A stretch of DNA of 64,000 nucleotides from an uncultured delta proteobacterium. Lineage in GTDB: Bacteria > Myxococcota_A > Polyangia > Polyangiales > Polyangiaceae. The position numbers were made by a program, and so were the translations under genes. Where the stretch lies: NCBI GenBank assembly GCA_963696385.1, contig CAVOKF010000007.1, forward strand, positions 1,383,783-1,447,782, given 5' to 3'. Of the stretch, positions 22,134 to 32,222 are shown one piece after another; within the stretch, counting starts at the first letter, position 1, and each line of letters begins with the position of its first letter. The notes under the pieces were generated by a model. That model did no database searches and was not told where the DNA came from. It saw only the letters and a list, made by a program, of their open reading frames with translations.

Positions 22134-23614
22134 ATGGCCAGACAAGCCACCGGAGAGCTGCGACATTTGTCCGACGGGTTCGCGGCCGTCATCACGATCG
22201 AAGGCCGGGCGCGTCGCGCGTTCCGCCTCAGCGCGTGCCGAACCGACGACGAGGCCCGGGCACCTGCAAGGCGCTCTCGGCGATGGCCGTACGGCTCCGC
22301 CACGCGGGGCATGGCGGCCAGATCGAACAGGTGCTCGGCATCGGCGCAAAGGCGCGTGCTGGCCGGCCCTGGGATGCCGTTTGCGCGGCGGTGGATGCAC
22401 TCTGCTCGGGACAAACGCGGGAGTGCGCCGAGCAGGTTCCGACGTTCGAGGATTTCGCGCACGAATGGACGAGCGGACGGCTTGCCCGCAGGCACCCCGA
22501 CCACGTCCCGACGAAGAAAACGTCGGATGACGATGAGCGGCTGCTCAAGCTCTACGTCAATCCGGTGCTCGACGGGCTTGGCCTCGATCGAATCACGTTG
22601 TCGGAAGCCGACCAGGTGATGGCCAATCTGCCCGAGCACCTCTCTCCTTCGTCGCGCCGGCACGTCGGCCAAGTCGTGCGGCGTGTTCTTTCGCTCGCCG
22701 TTTACCCGGCGCGGCACATCAAGGAGAACCCGATCCCCCGCGGATGGCTTCCTCGGGGCCGAAGCGTCAAGGCCTTCACGTGTCTGTGGCCCCAAGAAGA
22801 GACCGCGCTCATGGCCACCCAGAGCGTCCCTCTCGTGCGCCGGCTCTTTTTCGGGATGCTCGCGCGGGAGGGCATGCGCCGAGACGAGGCTGCCAGTCTT
22901 CGTTGGTGCGATCTGAACCTCGATCGCGGAGTTATCCGCCTCGACGAGAACAAGACGGACGACCCTCGTGCATGGGCGTTGGATCCGGGCGTTGTGCGTG
23001 CGCTCAAGGCGTGGCGCTCCGGTCATGGCGTGCGCGATAGGCCCCAAGACCCCGTCTTTCAGGAGGAAGGACGCCGGCTGTACGTCGATCAACTCGCGAG
23101 GCAGTTGCGGGGGGACCTGAACGCCGCGGGCGCGACGCGGGCGGAGCTCTTCGAGCGCAGCGCGGTTCGCCAGCCCATCCGCGTTCACGATCTCCGCGCC
23201 ACTTTCGTGACGGTGTCGCTCGCCAACGGCAAGACCGAGACGTGGGTCGCCGACCGACATCGCTCTAGCGCGATGATCAATCGATATCGGCGGGCCGCCC
23301 GGACATGGGCTGAGCTCGCTCTCGGATCGCTCGCGCCCCTCGACGAAGCCCTCCCCGAACTGTCATTGCCACTCGAGGCGCCGTCCGGCGTGGGTCCGAC
23401 CACCGCTAAGTGCAGCGGAGAGCAAGGGATTCGAACCCTTGGTACCCTTGCAGGTACACCTGATTTCGAAGCGACCAAGCATGTGCGAGCCTTCCGCGAT
23501 AAGCGAGAAATCAAGGGTGATCGGCGATCCGAGTGGACCCCAGATCGACCCTGTTGGACCCGACGCGGGGCAATATTGGGGCAATCCGGTAGGGCAGAAC
23601 AAGGAGTCTACTGA
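22134..23614 (+). pseudogene. int: Tyrosine integrase 1 (frameshift near 22260; reads through the tRNA att site)
   Basis: REGMRRDE, ENKT, HDLRA, HRSS, NRY catalytic motifs. Confidence 0.9.
23415..23470 (-). tRNA. 3' half of tRNA-Ser(CGA); att core, not an intact gene
   Basis: rc TTCGAAATCAGGTGTACCTGCAAGGGTACCAAGGGTTCGAATCCCTTGCTCTCCGC: anticodon loop, long variable arm, T-arm; no 5' half. Confidence 0.88.
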
Positions 23615-23759
23615 CCCTGTGGAGTACTCACTCGCCAAGGCGCTGGAGGCGGCTGCCGCGGCCGGGCACTTTGAGGTGGTGATGCAACTTGCGAGAGAGC
23701 TTGAGGCACGCCGGTTGGCACGTATTGTCGACGCCGTCGGCAACCGATCTCGAGCCTGA
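23481..23759 (+). CDS. Small helical protein next to the att site
   Basis: DPVEYSLAKALEAAAAAGHFEVVMQLARELEARRL. Confidence 0.5.
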   Translation: MCEPSAISEKSRVIGDPSGPQIDPVGPDAGQYWGNPVGQNKESTDPVEYSLAKALEAAAAAGHFEVVMQLARELEARRLARIVDAVGNRSRA

Positions 23760-23973
23760 TAGACCTACCAAGTACTTCGGCGTCAGGCCGCTGGAGTCTG
23801 GCCGCCCCGGCGGGGGGGGTCGCGATCAACGGTACGTTCCGACGTCGTAGCAAGTAAGTCCGGTGGCGTTGCTCGCACGCAGGATCAAGGAAGCCATTAA
23901 TGCCCTCGTCCGCCTCACTCCGTGTGACTCCAGTGTCGATGACGCGTCCCGTCGTCTGTGACGCACCGCGATT

Positions 23974-24086
23974 TGGATTCCGTCCTCACTGTCGCGAGAA
24001 GGCTCGCTGAAGTGAGCTCGGCCGTGGCTGCCCGGGGATTTTCAAAATCAGAACCCGAGAAAATAAATGACACAAATGACAAAACT
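23974..24086 (+). repeat. Conserved post-integrase DNA block, copy 1
   Basis: TGGATTCCGTCnnCACTGTCGCG ... TTTTCAAA ... AAATGACACAAATGACA; matches 29326-29406. Confidence 0.7.
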
Positions 24087-24206
24087 CCGCTTCGGGGTCC
24101 CGAGGCTCGCGGCGCGACGAAAGAATCCGTGCTCGCGAAGATCAAACGCCCTCGGCAGGAATCGCGGTAAGCCGCGCATCAAGTCCTGGTGCACGCGGAG
24201 CTGAGG

Positions 24207-25340
24207 TCACTGATCCTTCGGTGTGCATTGCAGCACTATGCTCGACGTCTGGCCCGAGCAAGTGCCGCTCGGCACGCTACCGAGGAAGGTCAGGTAAAGC
24301 GTGGTGCCGTCCGTCGTCAGAGCGCCGGCGCTGACCTGGGTGACCGTCGGGTCATTCGGGGACATCATCGTGGTTGGGTCGATCCCGCCGCAGGCGACTT
24401 CGATGTTCTGCCCGGGGACGGGATTGGCCGAGCTGTCGCTCGTGATGGTAAAGTAGAGAGTTCCGCTCGTGAGTGTACCCAAGCTGTAGGCCGCGTTAAG
24501 GCTGGAGCCGTCCGCGTTCAGCGTGAGCGTCCCGGCGCCCCCGGACGAGACAACGTTATCTTGCACGCCGTCGTAGGTGACGACCGTAAATACGGTGCTG
24601 CTGCAGTCGTAAGAGCCTGTCACGAAGGCGGAAGTCGCAGACGTGGGCGCTTCAGCATCGCCCGCACCGGTGCCGCCATCGCCCGTGCTCGACGCCTCGC
24701 AGACGAGCAGCGCGGATGTAGGGCCAGTTGGAGGCCCGTCTGGTGCGCAACCGGGCTGGCCTTGAACGTCGACGACCGCCCCGTTCATCTGGACGAAGAC
24801 GACGCCCTGGTCGACCGTGAGCTCCGCCGACGACAGGCTCAGTGTTGCTTGCGTCGGCGCAGGACTCCCGACGGCGACGTCACCGCTGTCGAGCACCACG
24901 ACCCCGCCGCCACAGTAGCCCCACCGCCCCGCGAATCCCTGGCCCGATGCGGTCAACGTCGCCGAGCTATTGCTCGTCGCGCGCAGGTCGAAGGTGGCGG
25001 TCGGCTGGCCCTCGGACTGAAACGTAGCCACGACGGACGGCCCATCTGGCACGAGCGTGAGGCTTGCGGACGATGCTGCGCTTTCGGCAGTGCCGGTGGT
25101 CAAGAGCCAGGTACAGTCAGAGTACACGCCGAAGGGAAACGAGCTCCCGTCGCTCGAGGATCCTCCGTCGCTCGAGGATCCTCCGTCGCTCGAGGATCCT
25201 CCGTCGCTCGAGGATCCTCCGTCGCTCGACGAGTCGTCGGGGTTCGACGAGCCGGATTCGATGCGGGCGCCGCAGGCAGCCAGCCCCACCGCTGTCGTGA
25301 GGAGAAGAGGTGCGGTCGCAAGTGCACGAGACGCTTTCAT
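24207..25340 (-). CDS. Lipoprotein with a DGGSSS repeat linker and two beta-rich domains
   Basis: MKASRALA...GLAAC lipobox. Confidence 0.85.
   Translation of the reverse strand: MKASRALATAPLLLTTAVGLAACGARIESGSSNPDDSSSDGGSSSDGGSSSDGGSSSDGGSSSDGSSFPFGVYSDCTWLLTTGTAESAASSASLTLVPDGPSVVATFQSEGQPTATFDLRATSNSSATLTASGQGFAGRWGYCGGGVVVLDSGDVAVGSPAPTQATLSLSSAELTVDQGVVFVQMNGAVVDVQGQPGCAPDGPPTGPTSALLVCEASSTGDGGTGAGDAEAPTSATSAFVTGSYDCSSTVFTVVTYDGVQDNVVSSGGAGTLTLNADGSSLNAAYSLGTLTSGTLYFTITSDSSANPVPGQNIEVACGGIDPTTMMSPNDPTVTQVSAGALTTDGTTLYLTFLGSVPSGTCSGQTSSIVLQCTPKDQ
25146..25228 (+). repeat. In-frame 18-bp tandem repeat (CCGTCGCTCGAGGATCCT, about 4.5 units)
   Basis: Seen directly; encodes (DGGSSS)n on the minus strand. 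Confidence 0.95.
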
Positions 25341-25353
25341 CCTGGGTGGCGCC

Positions 25354-25369
25354 TGCAGGCAATGTGCCG
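25354..25369 (-). promoter_or_regulatory. Putative sigma54 promoter
   Basis: CGGCACATTGCCTGCA (GG-N10-GC) just upstream of ATG 25340. Confidence 0.55.
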
Positions 25370-25564
25370 CGGGTTTCTTCGGCCTTATTTCCAAATGTCG
25401 CTGCGCCAACCTGGGCCAGACCGGACATGGTTTCCACTCATCGGCTTTTTAGCCCCGAGGAGAGCGGCCAAGCGGCCAGCACGGGGCCACGGGTGCGGAA
25501 ACACCGATCGCACCACGCGCTCACGAGGCGATCGACGAGGCCCTTGGCGGAAGCGCACCGACGT

Positions 25565-26257
25565 CTATTTCTCGCCCGGCTCGGGCTTGCGCAACGGACG
25601 CAAAGGTCCGCAGGCCTCGCTCGGAAGAATGAAGCCGACGCGGCGAAGCCACTCGGGGTCCTCGCCGGGCTCCCGCAGCAGCTCCCGCACGCGTTCGTCG
25701 GTGATTTTCATCAGGCGGCTGTGGTCGGCCTTGTCCAGACCGGTAGGTGCACTCGCAACTCCGACGCGGTCGGTCTTTCGGATGTGCGAGTTCAGATGCG
25801 AGCCGCCCCAGACGACGATCGCCATGTACGGCGCCCGACGAGTGACGGGCATCGTGCCGAGCGGAGCGACGCCCATCGCATCGGAGACATCGCCGCTGGA
25901 CGTCTTCCAGGTGAGAGAGAGAGCGACGGAATCGGGCCGCTCGCGACCTTTCGGCCAGCTCTCTTCGCCGAGCTGCCATCGCGGCTCCTTGCACAGCGCT
26001 GCCAGCGTGTGCGCCAGATCGGTGGGCGTACGCACTGACGGGAACAGTACGATGGCGACCACCTCGTTCGTAGCGGTCCCGTCGATGAAGCCGGCAATGG
26101 CAGGGAGGTCGATCGTTTCGCTGATCGGCGTGTAGTAGTCGAGCTTGAGCGGCCTGGTTGAGCTGAACGACGTGGCGAAGTGGCAACCCGTCAGCGAGCT
26201 TCGCAGCCAGAGGCTCAGGTGCTCCTGACACCTCTTGAAGCGGTCAAACTCGCCCAC
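25565..26257 (-). CDS. Hypothetical protein
   Basis: 230-aa ORF with globular composition. Confidence 0.7.
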   Translation of the reverse strand: MGEFDRFKRCQEHLSLWLRSSLTGCHFATSFSSTRPLKLDYYTPISETIDLPAIAGFIDGTATNEVVAIVLFPSVRTPTDLAHTLAALCKEPRWQLGEESWPKGRERPDSVALSLTWKTSSGDVSDAMGVAPLGTMPVTRRAPYMAIVVWGGSHLNSHIRKTDRVGVASAPTGLDKADHSRLMKITDERVRELLREPGEDPEWLRRVGFILPSEACGPLRPLRKPEPGEK

Positions 26258-26681
26258 CCCGGGGGGTCTACTCTACGACAGGCTCGTCTCGGGGCGCCGA
26301 AACAATTGCCGTCGGTCTCCCGCCGCTGTCCCTAATCACGATGGGACCCTCTGTCTCCGCGCGGCGGAGAACGGTGGCCGGATCTCGGAGGAACTCCTCG
26401 CGCGCCACGGAGGCCGCGGCCGTCTCGCTGTTCTGGCGCTTAGTCATGCTCCACCTCGGCTTCGCTTGGTACTCTACGTAAGCGCGCTGGATCCGCCAAC
26501 TGGAAGGTTGCGCTCACCCTGCGCCCAGGGCGAGCGGTGTCCCCCAAGTGCATGAATTTGTTCCATCAACGACCACGCCTGAGCGTAGCCAGCGAGCGGT
26601 CTCCGGCGCTTTTCTCCGCAAGCGTTGCGGTACATGAACACGCCGACGCGGGCGACCGTGCGCGGCTTAGTTCAGTGGGCC

Positions 26682-26969
26682 AAGCAGTTGCGAGCGGATC
26701 TGAACACCGCGGGGGTGACTCGGGCGGAGCTGTTTGAACGCTCAGCGGTACGGCGTCCGGTCCGGGTGCACGACTTGCGGGCCACGTTTGTCACGATCAG
26801 CCTTGCCAACGGCAAGAGCGAAACGTGGGTGGCCGACCGTTTGGGACACCGCTCGAGCGCCATGATCAACCGCTACCGGAGGCAAGCTCGCACCTGGGCC
26901 GAACTCGGCCTGGGCGAGCTGGCCGCGCTCGACCGAGCGCTGCCCGAGCTGGCCGCCATGACCGCGTGA
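26682..26969 (+). pseudogene. Tyrosine integrase 2, C-terminal remnant
   Basis: VHDLRATF...DRLGHRSSAMINRY, homologous to integrase 1. Confidence 0.88.
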
Positions 26970-27133
26970 CTCACGGCGGAGAGCCCCGAGGGCGCAGATC
27001 GAAACGGCATCCGGTAAGGCGCGCTTTCGACCGGTGCGCCGGTTCGGGACGTATACCCATGAGCGGCTCTAGGGTGGCCGATGTCACGCCGCCGCGGCGG
27101 ATCCACCGGCCTGCTACAGTGAATGCGTCCGTT

Positions 27134-27352
27134 ATGTTCGACCGCATCACGTTCCAACCGCAGGTTCTCGGAGGCCGCGCGTGCATCCGCGGGATGCGTA
27201 TTCCCGTCTCGGTCATCGTAGGCGCGATTGCGCACGGCGCGAGCACTGCGGAGGTTCTTAGGGACCATCCGGATCTCGAGGAGCAGGACGTCCGCCAAGC
27301 CCTGGAGTACGCGGCCTGGCTCACGACGGAAGAGGTTCATTCGGCCGAGTAG
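27134..27352 (+). CDS. DUF433 antitoxin
   Basis: VLGGRACIRGMRIPV...HPDLEEQDVRQALEYAA. Confidence 0.92.
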   Translation: MFDRITFQPQVLGGRACIRGMRIPVSVIVGAIAHGASTAEVLRDHPDLEEQDVRQALEYAAWLTTEEVHSAE

Positions 27353-27355
27353 CCC

Positions 27356-27721
27356 GTGCGCTTTCTTGTCGACATGGGTGTGAGCCCGCGCGTGGTGCAT
27401 TGGCTGATCGAGCACGGACACGACGCCGTGCACCTTCGCGACCAAGGCCTCCATCGACTTGCCGACGACGCCATCTTCGCCAAGGCTCGCGCCGAGGACC
27501 GCATCGTGCTCACTTGGGATCTCGATTTCACCGAAATCGTGTCGACTTCGCAGTCGAAGACGAGCGCCATCGTCTTTCGACTTCGCAATACGCGTACGGA
27601 TCATTTAATCGCGCGCCTCGCCGTCGTCCTCGAGAACGCTGCCGGCGCACTCGACGCGGGAGCGATCGTGAGCGTCGAGGACACGCGCTACCGCCTGCGC
27701 AGGTTGCCCGTCGGACACTGA
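27356..27721 (+). CDS. DUF5615 PIN-like toxin
   Basis: MRFLVDMGVS...DDAIF...LTWDLDF. Confidence 0.9.
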   Translation: MRFLVDMGVSPRVVHWLIEHGHDAVHLRDQGLHRLADDAIFAKARAEDRIVLTWDLDFTEIVSTSQSKTSAIVFRLRNTRTDHLIARLAVVLENAAGALDAGAIVSVEDTRYRLRRLPVGH

Positions 27722-27881
27722 CGGCTCAACCGCCACAATTCCGCGCGCGGCGTGGCACAATCCCGTTGACATCGTTACGGACTGAGCTCGCAATCGGGAT
27801 GATGGATAGGCCACGAGCCAGCCGATGCGTATCCGCGGGGGCGACATGGCTTCAGTGCAACGAACGTGGATGAGGTGACCG

Positions 27882-28985
27882 ATGCCCAGAGCAGCGACTG
27901 GAGAACTCCGCAAGCCGGCCGACGGTTTCGCTGCGCGCATCACGCTTCGCGGCCGCGCTCGACGAGACTTCGTGTTGACGAGCTGCGAGACCGAACGCGG
28001 AGCCGCCGACCGATGCCGCGCGCTCGCTTCTCTGGCCAGTCGGCTGCGTCGCAGCGGTCACGACGACGAGATCGAGGGCATTCTGCAAATGGGAGCCCGG
28101 GCACGACCGGGACGCCCGTGGGAGAGCGTCGTCGGTGCGGTGGATGCTCTCTGCGCGGGGCGGACCCGGGATGCGGGCGGTCCCGTGCCCACGTTCGCGG
28201 AGTTCGGGAAGCAATGGACGAGCGGCGAGCTCGCTCGCACCTCCCCCGACCACGTGACGGCCAAGGCCACGGCGGATGATGACGCGCGACTGCTCAAGCT
28301 CTACGTCGAGCCCTTCTTGGGCGCGCTTCGGCTCGACGAGGTGACGGTCGAGGATGCCGATCGCGTGATGGCGAGCTTACCGGAGCACCTCTCGTCGTCT
28401 TCGCGCCGCCACGTGGCCCAAGTCGTGCGGCGCGTGCTGACGTTGGCGGTCTACCCGGCGCGGCACATTCGGGAGAACCCGATTCCGCGAGGGTGGTTGC
28501 CGCGCGTCAAGACGACGAAGGCCTTCACGTGCCTCTGGCCCGCCGAGGATGCGAACTTGATGGCGTGTCGGGCGGTGCCCCTGGTCCGACGGCTCTTTTT
28601 CGGGGTTCTCGAGCGAGAGGGGATGCGGCGGGAGGAAGCGGCCGACTTGCGCTGGAGCGACATGGATTTGGCCCGCGGCGTCGTGCGTCTCGATGAGAAC
28701 AAGACCGAAGATCCCCGAGCCTGGGCGCTTGACGCGGGCGTGGCAGCCGCGCTCGGAATCTGGCGCAGCCGCTTTCAGGCCGACGTAGCGGAGCACGAAC
28801 ACGTGTTCCGCCACGCGGGCAAACCCCTTTACGTCGACCAGATGGCCGAGCATCCGCGGGCCGACCTCAAGGCCGCCGGCGTGACCCGCTCCGAGCTCTT
28901 CGAACGGACGGCCATGCGCCGTCCCATTCGGGTGCACGACTTGCGGGCGACGTTCGTCACGATCAGCCCGGCCAATGGCGAGACC
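27882..28985 (+). pseudogene. int: Tyrosine integrase 3, truncated before the catalytic Tyr
   Basis: Paralog of integrase 1; homology stops at ANGET. Confidence 0.88.
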
Positions 28986-29325
28986 ATCCCAAATCGCACC
29001 TATGGACCCCTCCCAATGGCAATTCAGTGGAAATCCAGAACGTCTCGCCGAGCTCGAAATAGCCATTACGAACCTAACACGATTGCTCGGATTGACGGAT
29101 AACCCAAATACGGCCGCGGTCCTTGTGACGGAGCGCCGCGCCATGCGCGAAGAGCTCGAAGAACCGCGCCGCAGAGCGCTAGCCCACCGCAGCTCGGAGC
29201 GGGAGAACGCGGGCTCGAAAGATTTGGCGCTCAGCTCCGCGGCCCTCCCGTCCTGACCGGCCGCGGGGGGACTGGATGCCGAGGGCCTCCTAGATGGGTC
29301 GGGCGAACTGAGACCGGTTTTCTGG

Positions 29326-29406
29326 TGGATTCCGTCAGCACTGTCGCGCGCCAAGCCGTTTTTCAAATCGTCTCGGCCGAAACAAATGACATAAATGACA
29401 GAATTC
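29326..29406 (+). repeat. Conserved post-integrase DNA block, copy 2
   Basis: TGGATTCCGTCAGCACTGTCGCG...AAATGACATAAATGACA. Confidence 0.7.
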
Positions 29407-29704
29407 GAGTCTGGCGATCGCTTTGGGGGGCATCTCCCCCTAATCGCCCTACGGTGCCAAGCACTAAGCCCTCGACGTCTGCTCATTGTACCCTCGGGAA
29501 CCGGTGGTGACAGCTCACGGAAGACGACGTTCGCGCCCTTCATCGCGTTCACCCCGGCGCGCCACTGCGGCCTTCGCTGCCCTCGCCCGCACTCCCTTGA
29601 TCGCGGGCTTCGCGGCAAACATCTGACTCGCCGGGAGTGCGGCGGCGTCAACGGGCACCTCGAGCGCCGCGCGAGTCGACAGGTGGCTGGAGCCCGGTCG
29701 TCCC

Positions 29705-30118
29705 TCACGCTTCGAGGACACGAAGCTCCTTGCCCGAGGAAGCGAGTTCGAGGATCGCAGCGTCGCGCGTCACGAGAACGGCGTCGCTCGCGAGCGCCGT
29801 GGCGATGATCAAGCGATCGGCCGGATCGCCGTGGCACCTGAGTCCCGCTGCGATAATGGCGATTTTAGGGGTGATCGCCGCGAGATCCCCCGAAACCGTC
29901 GCGAGCGCGGCGTCGAACCAGCGTTCGAGGCGTTCGCCGAGCTTCAGCCGCCCGTCCTGAGCCAAGCGGGCGATCTCCCAGAGCGAGATCGCCGGAATGA
30001 GGACGCCGCGCTCTGCCCCCGCAGCGCGTTCGATCGTCCTGCGTGCACGTTTGGACAGCGAGGCACCTGCCACGAACTTCACCCACACGTGCGAATCGAG
30101 GACAAGCACGCTACTCAA
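29705..30118 (-). CDS. vapC: VapC PIN toxin
   Basis: LDSHVW, ISLWEI, HGDPADRLIIATA, LVTRD. Confidence 0.92.
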   Translation of the reverse strand: MSSVLVLDSHVWVKFVAGASLSKRARRTIERAAGAERGVLIPAISLWEIARLAQDGRLKLGERLERWFDAALATVSGDLAAITPKIAIIAAGLRCHGDPADRLIIATALASDAVLVTRDAAILELASSGKELRVLEA

Positions 30119-30347
30119 CGGACCAGCCGTCGCCGGCCGACAGAAGGTCGTCCGACGCATCAACGATCGTTGTTACGCTCCGAAGCGCCCCGAAGCGGGA
30201 GGCCGGCGGCTCACCGACGGGTACGATGCGGGCTACGGGTTTGCCGCGCTTGGTGACGAGGACCTCCGTTCGCGCTGACGCGACCGTATCGAGCACCTGA
30301 AGGCATTCCGCGCGAAATTTCGCGGCCGTCATGGTCCGTTTCGACAT
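30111..30347 (-). CDS. Phd/YefM antitoxin
   Basis: AAKFRAECLQVLD..VTKRGKPVARIVP. Confidence 0.92.
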   Translation of the reverse strand: MSKRTMTAAKFRAECLQVLDTVASARTEVLVTKRGKPVARIVPVGEPPASRFGALRSVTTIVDASDDLLSAGDGWSVE

Positions 30348-30573
30348 GTGTACACATTATCATGCTCACGGCGAGCACGCCCATGAGGGCCGCCCCTCTG
30401 CCGGTGCGGGCCGAGCGAGTTCGTCGTCACGGGCAAAGCTGCTCGCCGGAGGAAAAAGCCTCACCACGCTGACCTACGCCGCTTCGCATGTCCAGCACAC
30501 ACCGCCCATCGCCGCGTAGCCCGCATGCGGCATGAGGGCTGACGCAACGCCCCGGTCGTGCTTGGTTGCACCC

Positions 30574-31029
30574 ATGCTGCCGCTTGAAGGAACGCTGCTC
30601 GAGAAGTTGCGCAAGATCGAGGCCCTGCACGCCGGCACAACGGTCGATGGCGAACGAGAAGCCGCGCGGCGGGCCGCCGAGCGCATTCGCGCCCGTCTCG
30701 CCGAGCTCCGGGGTAGCGAACAGGACACGGAGCTGCTTTACAGCCTTCCCGATCCGTGGAAGCGCAAGCTGTTCCTCGCCCTCTGTCGTCGCTATGGGCT
30801 CAAGCCCTTTCGCCAGCCGGGTCGGCGCTACAGCACGGTGCAGCTGCGCGCGCCCAAGGCGTTCCAGGAGCAGACCTTATGGCCGGAGTTTCTCGCGCTG
30901 TCCGAAGAGCTCCATGCCCATCTCGACGAGCTCACGACACGCGTCATCCGCGAGGCGATCGATGAGGACATCAGCGAACCGACCGACCAGGCTCCGCCCA
31001 AGGCATTGCCTGCCCCAGAAGCCGGTTGA
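30574..31029 (+). CDS. Hypothetical protein with a DUF2786-like N-terminus
   Basis: LEKLRKIEALHAG.T.GEREAA; LFLALCRRYGLKP. Confidence 0.75.
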   Translation: MLPLEGTLLEKLRKIEALHAGTTVDGEREAARRAAERIRARLAELRGSEQDTELLYSLPDPWKRKLFLALCRRYGLKPFRQPGRRYSTVQLRAPKAFQEQTLWPEFLALSEELHAHLDELTTRVIREAIDEDISEPTDQAPPKALPAPEAG

Positions 31030-31278
31030 CGAGCGCCGCGTCGCGCCCTCGTCTGCCTCATACAGACAAGGGCCGAGCTGCACGCGCAGGACTTCTGCAT
31101 CACCGTGCGAGAGCAGGACGAAGTGCCGGACTTCGCATGCCTCGGGCCGAACGAGCGAAGGGCGGCGGTCGAGCGTCTTCGGAACGAAATCCTGGCGACG
31201 TGCCCGGCGGAGAAGCGCGATCGCAAGCTCGGGATCGGCGAACGGGACACGAATCGGCGAGGCGCCCAGGCAGCCGGC

Positions 31279-31306
31279 TTGCGCGTACACCATACAGGTG
31301 TACAAT
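31279..31306 (+). promoter_or_regulatory. sigma70-type promoter with a palindromic operator for higBA
   Basis: TTGCGC-N16-TACAAT with the inverted repeat GTACACC-ATACA-GGTGTAC between them. Confidence 0.65.
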
Positions 31307-31313
31307 GATCCGA

Positions 31314-31592
31314 GTGATCAAGCGGGTCCTTCTGTCCAAGAAGGCAGAGAAAGACCTGGCGACGGTCCCGGTACACGTAGCGTTGAAACTTCAGAACTGG
31401 GTGGAGGATGTGGAAGAACGAGGCGTCGAGGCCGTGCGCAAGATCCATGGCTACCACGACGAGCCGCTCAAGGGAGCCCTGAAGGGGCAGCGCTCGATTC
31501 GGCTGAGCAAGGGATATCGCCCCTATTACCGGGTCGTGAAAGACGCGGTCGAGTTCCTACGCGTTGAAGGAGTCGACAAGCATGTCTACTAA
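31314..31592 (+). CDS. higB: HigB/RelE-type mRNase toxin (start GTG 31314 or ATG 31305)
   Basis: GYHDEPLKG..GQRSIRLSKGYR; toxin-first gene order. Confidence 0.85.
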   Translation: MIKRVLLSKKAEKDLATVPVHVALKLQNWVEDVEERGVEAVRKIHGYHDEPLKGALKGQRSIRLSKGYRPYYRVVKDAVEFLRVEGVDKHVY

Positions 31593-31893
31593 GAAGAGTA
31601 ACGCTCGACGATTTCTCGAAAATCTGACGGGCGGCCCCGTGACTTTGGGCCGCTTCCTCGAGGCGGTGCGGCTCGGCGAGGAGCTGACGCAGGCCGCGTT
31701 CGCGGACAAGCTCGGTCTTTCGAGGTCGCATCTCAACGACATCGAGAAGGGCCGCAAGGCGGTTAGCCCGGAGCGCGCAGTCCGGTTCGCCGAGATCCTC
31801 GGTTACTCCGAGGCCCGCTTCGTCCAGCTTGCTCTCCAAGACCTGATCAACCGTGGGGGCCTGAAATTCCAGGTCGACGTGAAGGCCGCGTAA
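31582..31893 (+). CDS. higA: HigA XRE-HTH antitoxin
   Basis: LTQAAFADKLGLSRSHLNDIEKGRK. Confidence 0.88.
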   Translation: MSTKKSNARRFLENLTGGPVTLGRFLEAVRLGEELTQAAFADKLGLSRSHLNDIEKGRKAVSPERAVRFAEILGYSEARFVQLALQDLINRGGLKFQVDVKAA

Positions 31894-32101
31894 ACCACCT
31901 TGGCCGGGTGAAATGATCGCGGGGGAAACGAGCATCACCGGCTGGACCGAGCCGAGTCCAGGTCCGCCTGTCGGCACACGATGCGTAGGCGAAGCTGTGC
32001 GACGCGGTCGAAACCATTCGGTTGGACCTTTCCACCGGCGAGATGATCGCCCTGCCGATGCGCGCCATAACGGGGCCGAGGCAGCCCCCGAATCCCCTGG
32101 T

Positions 32102-32137
32102 TCTTACTGCGGATCTTACTGCGCGTCTTACTGCGGG
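32102..32137 (+). repeat. 3x TCTTACTGCG at 12-bp period (putative integrase arm sites)
   Basis: Seen directly, about 40 bp from the tRNA-Arg fragment. Confidence 0.75.
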
Positions 32138-32173
32138 TCACAGTAAGCGACGTAGAAATCCCTAAGGATTCCA

Positions 32174-32220
32174 GGCACGCCCGGCAGGACTCGAACCTGC
32201 GACCCGCGGCTTAGAAGGCC
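32174..32220 (-). tRNA. 3' part of tRNA-Arg(TCT); att core
   Basis: rc GGCCTTCTAAGCCGCGGGTCGCAGGTTCGAGTCCTGCCGGGCGTGCC; no D-arm beyond IS4. Confidence 0.85.
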
Positions 32221-32222
32221 CT

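Noticed and set aside
25146..25228. Regulatory or CRISPR-type repeat
   Set aside because: No spacers; in-frame linker inside a lipoprotein
24189..26135. Long Arg/Ala-rich ORFs (this one and many others in the track)
   Set aside because: Shadow frames of real genes in high-GC DNA
26303..26410. Further oriIS-like module
   Set aside because: Starts CAATTG but has no convincing ori end or internal similarity
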